DNA from: Octopus bimaculoides
Lineage: Eukaryota
Length of the DNA: 64,000 nucleotides
Reading direction: 5' to 3'
Assembly: GCF_001194135.2 (NCBI RefSeq)
Contig: NC_068992.1
Location: 1,896,547 to 1,960,546 of the forward strand
Shown one piece after another: positions 1-12,885 of the stretch. The position numbers and the translations under genes are program-made. Within the stretch, counting starts at the first letter, position 1; the number at the start of each line of letters is the position of its first letter. The notes under the pieces were generated by a model. It searched no databases. It was not told the DNA's origin and saw only the letters and a list, made by a program, of their open reading frames with translations.

Positions 1-404
1 GTGTGTGTGTGTGTGTGTGTGTGTGCATATCCGTGTAGATGCATGTGTGCGTTCATACTTTGCATTTATAGAGAGAAAGAATGGTAGCAATGAACGAGGA
101 GGGTTAAAATGTGTGTGAGTTGGAGGAGGAATCATGTAAGAAGTTTCCGAGGGAGAGCCTGGAAGCTGTAAAGAATCCCATTCATATATAGGAAGGTTGG
201 GTTGCTTATGGACATAGTCTGGTTGTGTTTAAGTTAATAAATTAGCAAGTTATAATTTAAGCCTTGTGCATAGAAGTTCGAATCGATGTTTTGCTTAAAA
301 TATATGTTTGTCACCCTCATCAGGATTTTCTCCTGTCTCAGCTGATAGTATACGTAATGTCTGACGTCCATAAAGTATTCTTGCTTACAGAGATATCTTT
401 TGGC

Positions 405-520
405 TTTCAGTAGTTTCAGTGCTTCGACTGCGGCCATGCTGGATATCGCTGTGAAGTATCTGATAGAAAAGTTGACCCCGGTACTTTTTTTAAGCCTGGA
501 CCTATTATATTGGTTTCTTT
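405..520 (-). mobile_element. SINE family D, 3' tail fragment
   Basis: gcggccatgctgga...gaccccggtactt matches 49820-49900 and the reverse complement of 46440-46505. Confidence 0.6.
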
Positions 521-1310
521 ATGGCGAACGATCTCAGTCGTCAATCGATGAACACAGATCTTCTCACGCTCTTTGTCACGCGCACACACACACACGCGTG
601 CACACACGCACGCACACACACGCAGCGCGCGCATATATATAGAGAGAAATAGACTGCTATCAATTTACTCCCCCAACATTCTACCACAAGGCTTTGGTCG
701 GCTCGGGTATATTGAAATCACTTGCCCTGCCCGAACCCAAAGCCCTGTGAGTGGGAAACCAATTTCATACCACAGAGCCACGCCTGGGCCTTTTATAAAT
801 TCTTTAAGGCACGGGACATTCAACTTGTTCTATCAACCATGTTAGTCTGTCATTCCTTAGTCATCATTTAGTTCCCCCTCCGTCATAAACTCATGACATA
901 GACTCTGTCTTTTTTTCTCCCTCTATATACGTCTGTCTGTCTTTCTCTCGTTCTCTCTCTCCCTCTTCCTCACTCTATCTGTCTGTCTCTGTCTCTGTCT
1001 GTCTCTCTCTCTCTCTCTTTGACTAGTCAAAAATTATTCTTTCTTTCGTAGGCTTAATGTTGTCGTCATTCGGCAGTCAAATCTGGAGCCTGCTCATTTC
1101 TTTTGTCGTACTTTTCTTTGCCATAAAAATGGGGAAAAACAACAACAAAGAGAAAACGAAAAAAAAATGAAAAAACGAAAAATTAACCAATCAACAACCA
1201 ACATCGATGTATTTGTACAAAATGAATATTTACCTAATGTAAAGATCAGTATACAAATATAAATAAGGTGATACATGCTTGCGCGTGCGTTTAGATATGC
1301 ATATATATAT

Positions 1311-1660
1311 NNNNNNNNNNNNNNNNNNNNNNNNNNNNNNNNNNNNNNNNNNNNNNNNNNNNNNNNNNNNNNNNNNNNNNNNNNNNNNNNNNNNNNNNNN
1401 NNNNNNNNNNNNNNNNNNNNNNNNNNNNNNNNNNNNNNNNNNNNNNNNNNNNNNNNNNNNNNNNNNNNNNNNNNNNNNNNNNNNNNNNNNNNNNNNNNNN
1501 NNNNNNNNNNNNNNNNNNNNNNNNNNNNNNNNNNNNNNNNNNNNNNNNNNNNNNNNNNNNNNNNNNNNNNNNNNNNNNNNNNNNNNNNNNNNNNNNNNNN
1601 NNNNNNNNNNNNNNNNNNNNNNNNNNNNNNNNNNNNNNNNNNNNNNNNNNNNNNNNNNNN
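1311..1660. other. assembly gap; other gaps at 5268-5465, 10509-11079, 18406-18426, 20096-20409, 22265-22742, 24670-25025, 33960-34010, 42073-42275, 46231-46305, 58034-58299
   Basis: N runs, most flanked by (AT)n, (GT)n, (CT)n or (GAA)n. Confidence 0.99.
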
Positions 1661-1685
1661 ATATATATGTATATACATATATATG

Positions 1686-1724
<39 letters not shown>

Positions 1725-1899
1725 ATGTATGTGCGTACGTGCGCATTGTCTGCATTGAGTGTGTCTATATAGTTATGTGTGTATATTCAATAAGCCCTGG
1801 AGATTAGCGCTTTCCGTTTCGGCAGATCAAACGGGAATAGCATAATACTTGCGTTTTCAGAGGCCTTGAGCAATATTTCACCCCATACTACTACTCTCT

Positions 1900-2093
1900 A
1901 TCCCCCCCCCCACACACACACCTACATCATCAAACAGTTTATTCCAATTACACAGACATTCCTTTGCGCAAACACACCCAAACGCATCTATTAGAACGAC
2001 GAATACATCAGCACATCCAACAACAAATAAAATGCTGCCAAATACATACGTACATACATATATATATATATATAGATACGTATGTGTGTGTGA

Positions 2094-2143
<50 letters not shown>

Positions 2144-2320
2144 TTGTGTGTGTGTGTATGTGTGTGTGTATGTTTGTGTATGCATGCATGTATATATATA
2201 ATATATATATACATACTCATACACACATTTATATATATATATATATGTGTATGTGTGTGTATATGTACATACGTATATATATATATGTATATATATGTAT
2301 GTATACACACATATATTTAT
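1900..2320. repeat. compound (AT)n/(GT)n/(CA)n microsatellite field, representative of many in the window
   Basis: direct reading; similar fields at 12825-12975, 13350-13750, 21500-21900, 26975-27350, 41600-41730, 51440-51850, 63690-64000. Confidence 0.95.
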
Positions 2321-2629
2321 CCACATATATGCACTTTCAACAGTACGACAAAGAGCATTCTCTGTACATCCTCTGTGCTCTTCCTTCTCAAACACTCAAT
2401 CACAAACAAGCTAAACATAGCTTACATACGCAATTAAGACGATAAATAGTATTTGCTTTTACGCACTATACGTGCAGTCCTCAAGCAAACACCACCACCC
2501 AACAGATACAAATGCATACGCAATGTCTCCTTATATATCGTCGTTACTGATGATTTGGCGATATGTAAACCCGAACACAGGCTCGTGCCTTGTGCCAAAA
2601 TCTGAAATTATTATTATTATTATTTTTAT

Positions 2630-2815
2630 GGCGGCGAGCGAAATGCTTAGCTTTATTTCGTCTGTCTTTATGTTCTGAGTTCAAATTCCGCCGAAGTCAA
2701 CTTTGCTTTTCATCTTTTCGGGGCCGATGAAATAAGTAGTAGTTTAGTACTGGGATGATCGACTCACCCCGCTCCCCGAAATTACTGACTGTGTGCTAAA
2801 TTTGATAATAGTTAT
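2630..2815 (+). mobile_element. SINE family A (tRNA-type head)
   Basis: ggcggcgag...gttctgagttcaaattccgccgaagtcaactttgcttttcatc...; the body recurs more than 15 times in the window. Confidence 0.85.
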
Positions 2816-3364
2816 TACTTACAGACACATTACCCTCTCGGTTGTTTTCTACGAGTCGCTAAATCACATTTACACGTTTGATTCACGCCTACTACACCAA
2901 CACACCTCACAAAAAAAAATTCCGTATTTCAAATAAGAGGCCAACCTAACCAACTTGCTACACTAATTTTATTTTGTCCTAAAAACCATATTGTAAGCAT
3001 TTTTTAAATGTTTATAAAGTAAATTAATATACCAAAAGCGGTAAATATTTCTCGAAGTGTATTTGGTATTGGTAAGGTAAAAGTTGTAAAGCTAGCTATT
3101 GGGTTTTGGAATCTTTATTTATATAAACTGATTAGCTGTACAATGCCTTTAAGTGCAAAGAAAAATTAATAAGAATAATTGGCTCTATAACTATTGCAAG
3201 AAAGCTGGAAGACGACAGACAATGACAGTAGAGAATAAATAGAAAATGTCTTTAAATAAGATGCGTAAACAGCATAGTTACCGAAACACTGTCAGAGCTT
3301 AAACTGTAGAATAATGCCAATGACCAGTAGATAAAACTATTGGATGTATGGATATTAATTTCAA

Positions 3365-3560
3365 TTTTTGACACAAGGACAGCAATTGCGAGGAGGGGAT
3401 CACTTGATTATATCGACCCAAACCTTTAAGGGTTACTTATTTTGTCGACATCGAAGAGACGAAAGGCAAAGTCGATCTGGGCGGAATTTGAAATCAGAAC
3501 GTATACAGAAATGAAATGTTGCTTAGCATTTCGCTGACGATTCTGCTAACACGCTGACTT
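3365..3560 (-). mobile_element. SINE family A
   Basis: reverse complement of the family A body (gaaaggcaaagtcgatctggcggaatttgaaatcagaacgt). Confidence 0.8.
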
Positions 3561-3726
3561 ATGGATCATTGGATATTAACATATAATAAAGTTAATAATA
3601 TTCGAAAATCGACAATATAATACATAGTTTTATTAGGATTGCTTTTATAGATAATCCATGTAATATTGATGATAAAGTTGTGAATGTATACAATCACGAA
3701 CTTTCGATGGTGCATTTATTAACATA

Positions 3727-4350
3727 CTGGGTGTAATAAATATATTGTCGTTTAAATTACACAAAAATGAAAGTAGCACTGACATCTCATTTTAACAGAT
3801 ATATTTTTCCAATATTACATAAAAATATCTTGAAATACTGAAGAGTGAATTTATTCAATAAAATCGCTATTGGCTTCAACCACGGTCTCCAGATGACTTA
3901 AGAATCTCCTACAACTCTTCTGGAGGGTCTCCTTGTTTAAGTTGGTGAATGCTGCCATAATCCTTGCCCTCAGTTCATCTTTGGTGTTACAAAGAGTTTT
4001 TTTTTATCTCTCACTCAACTGCGCCCTCACATTATAATCAAGGGCGTTGCAGTCTGGAGAGTATGGTGGCCAGACGTTAGGGGGATGCAGTCGCAGAAAT
4101 TGTCTGACAGCTATGACTGGGTTCTCCTGCTTGCGTGTCATGTTGCAGAGACCTGTTGTCAGACATACAGTCTTCCAGCCCCTTGACCCTCGACCCAGGG
4201 CAGCACTGCCTCCTCCAGGCACTTGATGTAGGACTCCGTGTTGAGTGTGAGGCCGTATGGGAAGGTGAATGGAGGCATAACGTCGCCATCACTAGTGTTC
4301 ACTCGAAACACCATGATGTTGACTGGATGTTTGATTTTATCACCCTTGAT
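3727..4350 (-). mobile_element. Tc1/mariner (DD37D/maT-like) transposon relic, 3' part with terminal repeat
   Basis: minus-strand translation KHPVNIMVF..SDGDVMPPFTFPYGLTLNTESYIKCLEEAVLPW..WPPYSPDCNALDY..NTKDELRARIMAAF..ETVVEANSDFIE* (stop 3851-3853) with stops and frameshifts; TA+CTGGGTG TIR-like end at 3725-3733. Confidence 0.85.
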
Positions 4351-4519
4351 ACATGTCCTCAGGTTGCCCTGTCCTCAGATTGACAATCAAACTCTCTGAA
4401 TTATTCATTTTGGAGCTCCCGTCACCAAAGCCAAGTCATACGGTACGTCGTTTCCACATTTCCAGCAGAGTGAATTGCGTCTTGGTGTCGTTTTTCTCAA
4501 AGATGATGCTGAAATGCTG

Positions 4520-4645
4520 TCTTTAGTCGACCGGAGACTGTCGTTGAACACAGCTACCCAAGGAGCTACACAGTAGGACTGAACCTGGACCCATTTGGTA
4601 GAGAATCAAACTCCTAAACACTCTGTCACAGCTGCGACTATGGAG
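4520..4645 (-). mobile_element. SINE family D, degraded head
   Basis: cccaaggagctacacagtaggactgaacctgga resembles the family D head in reverse. Confidence 0.55.
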
Positions 4646-5230
4646 ATGAAAATTTCACATCACTCACTGTTTGTATATTGTTTGACCGAACTTACTGTTG
4701 CGAAATAAAATTGGAATTCATAGTTGCATAATGCAGCTGTTCATTGGTCTCACATGTCTTGTTATTGACTTTGCTGCTTTCGGAACAATCAACATGGTGG
4801 ATTTACGTGCCAGATGAAATACTAGAATTTAGAATAGAAGAGTCCAATTTTTGCTGATTAATTCGATAAAGTCTTCATACAGTTTTGCTCCGTAAAGCAT
4901 GAAATTCTAATGTAATATTTTGTTTGCTCGAATCTTTTTTGACATTTGTAGATAAAGGGTGAGTTTGCAAACTATTTTTGCAATAATATATATAATTGAA
5001 ACTTGAATGATAATCTAAAGAATACACAATGCATTTCTTGTGTGTGACATGTTATTGTAAAACCACTTTCACTAAGGGCTTTGTATAGATATTTCACGTA
5101 TAATTGACAAGTAGATATACTTCATAATTTATTCCATACACAAATTCAAATCTAGTTTTTGAGTGTCACTGCGCCAGTATATTTGTGTGCGTGGATGTGT
5201 GTGTGTGCTGTGTGCTACAAAAAGAGAGTT

Positions 5231-5267
<37 letters not shown>

Positions 5268-5465
5268 NNNNNNNNNNNNNNNNNNNNNNNNNNNNNNNNN
5301 NNNNNNNNNNNNNNNNNNNNNNNNNNNNNNNNNNNNNNNNNNNNNNNNNNNNNNNNNNNNNNNNNNNNNNNNNNNNNNNNNNNNNNNNNNNNNNNNNNNN
5401 NNNNNNNNNNNNNNNNNNNNNNNNNNNNNNNNNNNNNNNNNNNNNNNNNNNNNNNNNNNNNNNNN

Positions 5466-5550
<85 letters not shown>

Positions 5551-5963
5551 AAGACAGAGAAAATAATAAAGCTTGTATTTAAGAAATAAAATTGTTTTGA
5601 AAATATTCTAGATGTAAAGCGCTAAATTTCGTATCTCGGATTATAATGAGCTTGGTCGATGATGGTGCTGCCCCGAGGTAGCATGGTCACTTTATTGTTG
5701 CTACCCAACCGTTGTCTGAAGGTATAGACCTTTCACTATAACTCTTCCTCCTCGTAGATTAACCAACGTCCATCTGCCAACGTATTCATCGAAACCTTGA
5801 CATGTGAGGCTGATGGGTTACTAGCACCTGCCCAAGGTGCCACCCCACCACTTACTCTCCCTTTTACAGTCTGCCATTTATGTAGATGCCGTACCTCACT
5901 ATGTTACGTACCAATGTATCCATTACACAAATGTACTTAATTCATATATCTTAGATGTGAAGG

Positions 5964-6170
5964 TGAAGGCGCGTGGCTCAATGGCTAGAGCATTCGGCTC
6001 ACGATCGTGAGGTCGTGAGTTCAGTTTCCAGCGATGCGTTGTGTCCTTGAACAAGACACTTTATTTCACGTTGTTCCAGTCCACTCACCTGACAAAAATG
6101 AGTAGTACCTGTATTTCAAAGGGCCACCCTTATCACAATCTGTGTCACGCTGAATCACCCTGTGCTTGTC
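5964..6170 (+). mobile_element. SINE family B (tRNA head + CORE-like domain)
   Basis: A box tggctcaatggctag, B box gagttcagtttcc, then gtgtccttgaacaagacactttatttcacgttg; matches the reverse complement of 63371-63686; resembles the CORE-SINE group that includes octopus OR1/OR2. Confidence 0.85.
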
Positions 6171-6288
6171 GGGAGACAAATAGTTGGTACATCACTATTA
6201 TATGAAAACCCATAGCTTTTTTTGCTGGGTATGATGGAAAAAATCAGCTATCCGCAGCTAGCAGACAAAGGTGTCACTTGTTTACTGG

Positions 6289-6668
6289 TCATGCTTCAAG
6301 AACCCTGCGAAGAATTCTTGCATTTCCAAGCAATGCTGATTTTTTAGGTGTTCTATCTCCACACTTGCACCCATCGCTATCAGCCATGTTGGTAGCTGAG
6401 TGCTGATGCTACCAAGTGCACCTATTACTATTGTCATCACGTCTACTCTCTTCATTCACCACAACATTCGCTTTTCACTCTTCCAATCGTCATAGTTCTT
6501 TATTTTTTCTTCTTTCACATTGATCCTGTTGTCACCGGAGCATGCTGTATCGATTGTCATACATCTTTCATTTTTATTCACCACAACAATGTCCGGTTTC
6601 CGTTGCCTGGTCGGGTGGTCGCACTGGATCGTTGCATCACACAGGATTCTGCAATACTCATTTTCGGT

Positions 6669-6673
<5 letters not shown>
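6289..6673 (-). pseudogene. R4/Dong-like non-LTR retrotransposon, RLE endonuclease C-terminus
   Basis: translation VTENEYCRILCDATIQCDH..RKPDIVVVNKNERCMTIDTACSGD..VIGALGS..KSALLGNARILRRVLEA* (PD-D/ExK RLE motif). Confidence 0.8.
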
Positions 6674-6724
<51 letters not shown>

Positions 6725-6771
6725 GTTGTTGTTGTTGATATTATTATTATTATTATTTTTATTATTATTAC

Positions 6772-6802
<31 letters not shown>

Positions 6803-6889
6803 ATTATTAATGTTGTCGTTGTTATTTTTGTTATCATTGTTATCATTATTGTTATTATCATTATCATTATTGTTGTTGTTACTATAGCA
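6674..6889. repeat. (TTA)n/(TTG)n microsatellite interrupting the R4-like element
   Basis: direct reading; GACTC on both sides (6669-6673, 6890-6894). Confidence 0.95.
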
Positions 6890-7600
6890 GACTCCCTTGG
6901 CTTACTTTCATAAGCTTGTCGTTATAAATATTTTAATTATTACAATCACCCTTAATTGACCCTCTTAAAATATGCATGCAAATTTTTTACTATTCCATTG
7001 TCTTCTTTTGTATTCTCTCACACTCCAGTTCGTAACACATTGCGCTATACATTCTGTTGCTTCTCCCTGGTCTACCCAATGCCTTCTATTCAAGCCTGCT
7101 GTACAATCCTTTATTTTCTTTTTATTGAGAATTTTTTATTTATAAATATGTTTTCTGCAGAAAATTTATTTGTAATATTTAAAAGCAATTATTTCTTGCA
7201 TTAGAAACTCAAATCAACGAGAGTTGCTGCCAAGTAACCACATGGGAATTCTACTTTATCCGAAATTCAAAAGTACCCAGATTATAGCTATTTTCATATT
7301 TCAATCAGTTTTTCTATGACTTATGGAAGAATTCTACGAATCTATCTGCTGTCAACTGCATGGTTGCCAATTTTCACATATTTGCTCCTTGAAATCCCTA
7401 AAGTAACTTTAACTCCATTTATTATATTCTATGCATCATGGTGCAACAGAATATATATTTCCACTGGGACAGTGAATCCTGCATTTCTTAACCATTTCCT
7501 TAAATATTTACTCACCACACAGATCAGGTATTTTCTTTCAAAATTACATTTTCTCTTTTTTCTTCCTTATGAAATTATTTTCTTTGTCCAAGACGAACAC
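6890..7600 (-). pseudogene. upstream continuation of the R4-like element (CCHC/RRHD region), heavily decayed
   Basis: minus-strand EATECIAQCVTNWSVREYKRR.. and AYESKP resemble the R4-type ETxxH..C..L..EYKRRHD..WYEHKP. Confidence 0.5.
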
Positions 7601-9449
7601 AATAGGAGTATTAGGCATTCTCATTTCTGGAAAATGTTAGAATACCATTTTCGAAGATATCTATCGATAATTCTTATACTTTTATCTTAAAGAATCTGGC
7701 GATTTTATCTGGTATGTTTGAAAGGAATTGTCCAGAGATTAACCTTAATTTCATCCCAGTAAGTATTGTATATGTAATAGTGGTAAATAAATTTGACTCT
7801 CCAGATATTCTCACCTTAGACACAGTATCACTGTAACATTTTGTTTTATTTTTTCCTTTGATGTTCTTGAAATGTTGCTGGCAAAGTACCTATATGTCCT
7901 TACATGAGATCTCACATCAAAAGCAACATTAATCAGTTGATCAGTATGTCTAGAATGTTGTTCAACTCTGAGAGATGTACCGATTGATATCTCATATAAT
8001 CCAAAGCATTCACCTCAGTTTGAACAAGTCTATTGTATTCTACTTTTACTGATGTTTCAGTAAACTTGTTGAAACATATCAATATTGGTACAACAATTGT
8101 TATTGAGTTCAGGATTAATTTTCAATATTGGTTCCTGTCTTCGTAGGAATAAATTGATATACAAGTCATTGGGTTATCATTAGTGCTAAGTATGTGGGTT
8201 TTCTGATTTCGTAGCAGAACATGAAAGCCACATGCAGACGCTGTCTCCATAAGTTTTTCTATAGAATTTGCATCTTCTTGAATTGTTAGAAAGTTATAAC
8301 TTCTTCGGTCATTTTATCGTTTTCTTTTCAATGCCATATATAATATTGTTGCTGGAATATTATACTCGACTCCTTGTTGATAGTTATTACAGCTTTTCCT
8401 GGCATATCTTTGCTGTCGTGAATTAACCTAATAAAGCCTGGAAGATGCAGCGTTCAATACTTTCCTGCTCAAGTCTAATATCAGGGCCCTTTTCGCTCCA
8501 AATACATACAAGCAAAAGTGGGCAAAATGTCGAGTTTTTCTCCCAGTAAGATACTAATTGCCGGTACGATGTATAAATTTAACCATGAACTAGAAGATAA
8601 CATAGCCCAAAAATCTGAGTATAAAATACGTGAGGTAATCGTGCTAGTAAGAAAATTACGGAGTAACAAAATCTGATGTCATTGAAGACATTGTTATCAG
8701 ACTTCCTTGTCTTGTTCATTCAATTACAAACACAAGATAGTATTTCTCTTTAGTCAGGCAATATTATGTTGTCTTTCTGACAGCAGTTATTGAATTTATC
8801 ATCGAAGTGGTGCACTGATAAAAGTTGTTTGACAGTGTGATATTGTAATCCCATAGAAATGACAAAGCATATCTTCTTAAAACCTATCGTTCAATCTATT
8901 ACATCAACTTTTGCATTTCTATTTTCATTAATATTTGCATTTCTTTGTCTTCTGCGAATAAGATGCTCTTCATATTTTACTACAGAACACACATATACAG
9001 GAACACGAACACACAAATATGTATGTATATATGTATGCCTGTTTCAATTTATGTTTATATGTGTGTATGTATATATGAAAGTACGTATGAATGTATGCAT
9101 GTACGCTTGTATGTATGCATGTCTGTATGCATGTGTCATTGTATGTATGTATCTTTCTCAAGACTTCATCACGTTTTGTGCTCTCTGAATATTTACTTTC
9201 AACCGTAAACTTATGTTTCTTCTTTCATTTCGAACCCTTCTTTTTCTATTTCACCAGTTCTTCTTCTTTTATTCTTTCTGCGACGTTACTTGCCTTTGTT
9301 CCGTAAAGTCTTTATTCTGGACATTTTAGTGAACTTCTCAGTCATTTTCTTTCTTTAGAATTAATCTATTCTCCATTGTCTGCTGTTGATCAGAATCGTG
9401 ATCTGTTTCTGTGACTGGCAGTCGTTTGTTGCATATTTGAAAAGTCGCA

Positions 9450-10260
9450 TTAATACTTCGTATTATTTTCTAAGGATCTTGCAGGATTCTCCCTGTGTAA
9501 CAGACGATTCTCACGCCAGTTTCCGCTTTCTTTCACTGAAACATTCCATTCTTCTAAACGATTAAGATGGATGAAATAGGAATATCCTAAAAATTTTGTC
9601 AATTTTCTTACCATTAAAATAACGAAAGTATCAATTCTTTTGTATACAACGGTACCGTGTTAAAAACTTTTTACCATTTTCTTGGACTTTTTATCAGCTT
9701 CTCATTTTCTCATCTTCAAATTCAAACTTGTCAAACATTTTCCTCTCATTCTCAGATTTTAACATCTATATTCCTTCTTTATTTCACAGTACGATGCCTG
9801 AAAAAATACTTTTCCACTCCTACTAGCTTATATTAATGCATTTGAAAACCTATAAAAGATACGTCCTCCATATCTTTGCCACCTCATAGATTTCACCAAC
9901 AGATTTATTCCCGAACCACGCGCTCAAATTCTGGTATATAGGCCTTCAAAGAACCCATCTAACATTCACACACAGAAAAACATCTCCCCACCAATACCGT
10001 CATATTCCCACACTTGCATATATTACTAAACACAGATGCAGGACACCATTCTTTCTTACGTACGATTATAGACGCATACACACTTCTACTTATCGAGTGA
10101 ATACCACTTACCTCAACCTAGAACTATCCATCACTTTGGTTTCTAACTTTTCACCATCCTTCTCCATCTTTTTCTCTTCATAGAATTCTCTATTTCTCTC
10201 ATTGATTTCCCAATGATTCTCTTTTTCATATCTTAGTGTGTGATGACGGACTAACATCCG
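9450..10260 (-). mobile_element. possible decayed APE-type LINE fragment
   Basis: weak residual similarity to the APE C-terminus (IDY-I-VRKEW-like) near 10050-10080; no intact frame. Confidence 0.3.
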
Positions 10261-10321
10261 AAATGTGAAGCCACCACATCATTTCATATCTGAAGTGTTG
10301 ACTTGACAGAATATTTCTTAA

Positions 10322-10460
10322 TTTTCCGTCCAGGTCAACATTGCCTTTCCTCTTTACGGGGTCGATAAATTAAGTACCAGTTGCGTACTGGGGTCGATCT
10401 AATCGACTGCCCCTTCCCAAAAATGTTCGGGCTTTGTGCCTAGAGTAGAAGAGAATATTT
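10322..10460 (+). mobile_element. SINE family A, 3' half
   Basis: ggggtcgataaattaagtaccagttgcgtactggggtcgatctaatcgact...tgtgcctagagtagaagagaatatt. Confidence 0.85.
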
Positions 10461-11079
10461 CTTAATTTTTCTTATATTCTCTTCAAGTGTTCTTTTTTTT
10501 TTTTTTTTNNNNNNNNNNNNNNNNNNNNNNNNNNNNNNNNNNNNNNNNNNNNNNNNNNNNNNNNNNNNNNNNNNNNNNNNNNNNNNNNNNNNNNNNNNNN
10601 NNNNNNNNNNNNNNNNNNNNNNNNNNNNNNNNNNNNNNNNNNNNNNNNNNNNNNNNNNNNNNNNNNNNNNNNNNNNNNNNNNNNNNNNNNNNNNNNNNNN
10701 NNNNNNNNNNNNNNNNNNNNNNNNNNNNNNNNNNNNNNNNNNNNNNNNNNNNNNNNNNNNNNNNNNNNNNNNNNNNNNNNNNNNNNNNNNNNNNNNNNNN
10801 NNNNNNNNNNNNNNNNNNNNNNNNNNNNNNNNNNNNNNNNNNNNNNNNNNNNNNNNNNNNNNNNNNNNNNNNNNNNNNNNNNNNNNNNNNNNNNNNNNNN
10901 NNNNNNNNNNNNNNNNNNNNNNNNNNNNNNNNNNNNNNNNNNNNNNNNNNNNNNNNNNNNNNNNNNNNNNNNNNNNNNNNNNNNNNNNNNNNNNNNNNNN
11001 NNNNNNNNNNNNNNNNNNNNNNNNNNNNNNNNNNNNNNNNNNNNNNNNNNNNNNNNNNNNNNNNNNNNNNNNNNNNNNN

Positions 11080-11125
<46 letters not shown>

Positions 11126-11159
11126 GACGAATATGCATGACTGCTGTGTCAAATGACTA

Positions 11160-11290
11160 AATATATACGACGGGCTTCTTTCAGTTTCCGCCTACCATAT
11201 CTACTCACAAGTCTCTTTGTCGGCGTGAATCTATAGTAGATGTCACTTTCCCAAGGCGGCACGTAGTAGGACTGAACCCGGAACAATGTT
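11160..11290 (-). mobile_element. SINE family D, 5' half
   Basis: cgacgggcttctttcagtttccgcctacc...ggactgaacccgg is the reverse complement of 46050-46185. Confidence 0.75.
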
Positions 11291-12116
11291 GCAATACAAA
11301 TTCACTCGTATATATACACACATACTTATACGGAAATGCATCTGCATATATTGGGTATAGAGAATGTATGAACTAGCACTTTGCTAATAATTCATTTACA
11401 AAGTTAAGCAATTAACGTTCAGACATTTGATTGTAGATGTTCGCCCGGCCTATATGACAAAAATGATTGTCTTTTAAAAGTCTCGTATGAAATTATTTGT
11501 AATTACATACTATTTCCTGCATTGTATTTAGAAATATATTGGCGGGTACGTGTGAAAAAAAGAGAGAGAAATTGGATGTACGTATGTAAACATGTACAAA
11601 CATGTATATGTATATGTAGAGAAGTATCAGTCAATCTCCAGAACAATTAACAAAATTTTCAGTTACCATTTATAGAATATTACGTAACATAACATACAGA
11701 ATGGGAATTAATTTCATATTACAATGTGTTTCTAGATTTGCTCTAAAACAATTTTAGTGTTGTAACAAAAAAAGGAGAGCAGACGAACCTAACAACTAAA
11801 TGGTAACGTTGTTCAGCTCTGTTATAATTCACTGCCGATTCCGCCGGAACCGTGGATGTATCTTCTGAAACAATAAGTTTATAGAACTAAATATAAATTA
11901 ATGTTAATATATTTAATGTATGCAGATTGAAATAGTAAGCAAAAATAAATATGAAGGGAGGGCGGAAATGATATTAGTCATCGAAATGATATTAGTATTG
12001 ATTCTCTTTTATAAATTTCATTTAAAAATGCCGTTCTTATTTACAATTTGCCAAGCCACAACCTTACTCTATCTCTTTCTATCTCTATCTCTCTCTCTCA
12101 AAATACATACATGCAC

Positions 12117-12158
<42 letters not shown>

Positions 12159-12324
12159 CAAAAGATATGATGTGTGGCGTTGAGTTATTCCATAAATGAA
12201 AAATGCATTAATACTACAAAATGTACACGAAGGGCAAGCAGGAGGATCCTAATGCTTCATCAGTTGTCGGACAATGATGAATCTCATATATATAAACATA
12301 TATATAGGCACTCCACAATGTATA

Positions 12325-12568
12325 TACACAGGAGGGCTACACAAAAGCATTCCCTGATTTCACAATGTCATGATATTTAAACTGATTATACTTTATTGAT
12401 AAACATGTGAAGTGATTCTCTAACCACAGTTATTTTAATTTTTCAGGTGATTAGACATCTTTGACCTTAAAACACCAGGCGAGCAAGAAAATCTGAAAAT
12501 GGCCGCCACCCCACAGCAACGCAGCTCGTGTGTACTGGAATTTGCAAGATCAAACAGTATTGTGGTCA
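12325..12568 (+). mobile_element. mariner-like 5' fragment
   Basis: ATG 12499 gives MAATPQQRSSCVLEFARSNS, resembling mariner-type N-termini; (TA)CACAGGAGGG TIR-like start; truncated at a (TAA)n tract. Confidence 0.4.
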
Positions 12569-12569
12569 T

Positions 12570-12680
12570 AATAATAATAATAATAACAATTATAATAATA
12601 ATAATAATAATAATAATAGTATAAAAAAATGATGAAGGCTGGAGGGTATATCAGCCGAAACGTTGTGTTAATGCAACAAC
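12570..12680 (+). mobile_element. SINE family C, 3' fragment with hammerhead-like motif
   Basis: (TAA)n then tgatgaaggctggagggtatatcagccgaaacgttgtgtta, as at 48034-48068 and 53677-53717. Confidence 0.75.
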
Positions 12681-12843
12681 AGCCTGTAAACATCTCCTTA
12701 TATGCATGTTTCTAAGTATTGCATATAATGCTAAGTGAACACTATTGAACGTTTGTATCCATGACAGTGCAGCTACATACAGATGGGTTATTCGTCAAAG
12801 TATTTTTAAGGCAAGCAACACATGTGTGTGTGTATGTGTGTGT

Positions 12844-12885
<42 letters not shown>

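Noticed and set aside
7600-8750. RT domain of the minus-strand R4-like element (also possible LINE at 22900-23650 and transposase at 37250-37800)
   Set aside because: I could not recover diagnostic motifs by eye.
12225-12275. Minus-strand CUGAUGA with AAGCA/UGCUU stem (similar start at ~62363)
   Set aside because: GAAA does not follow the stem; at most a decayed PLE end.
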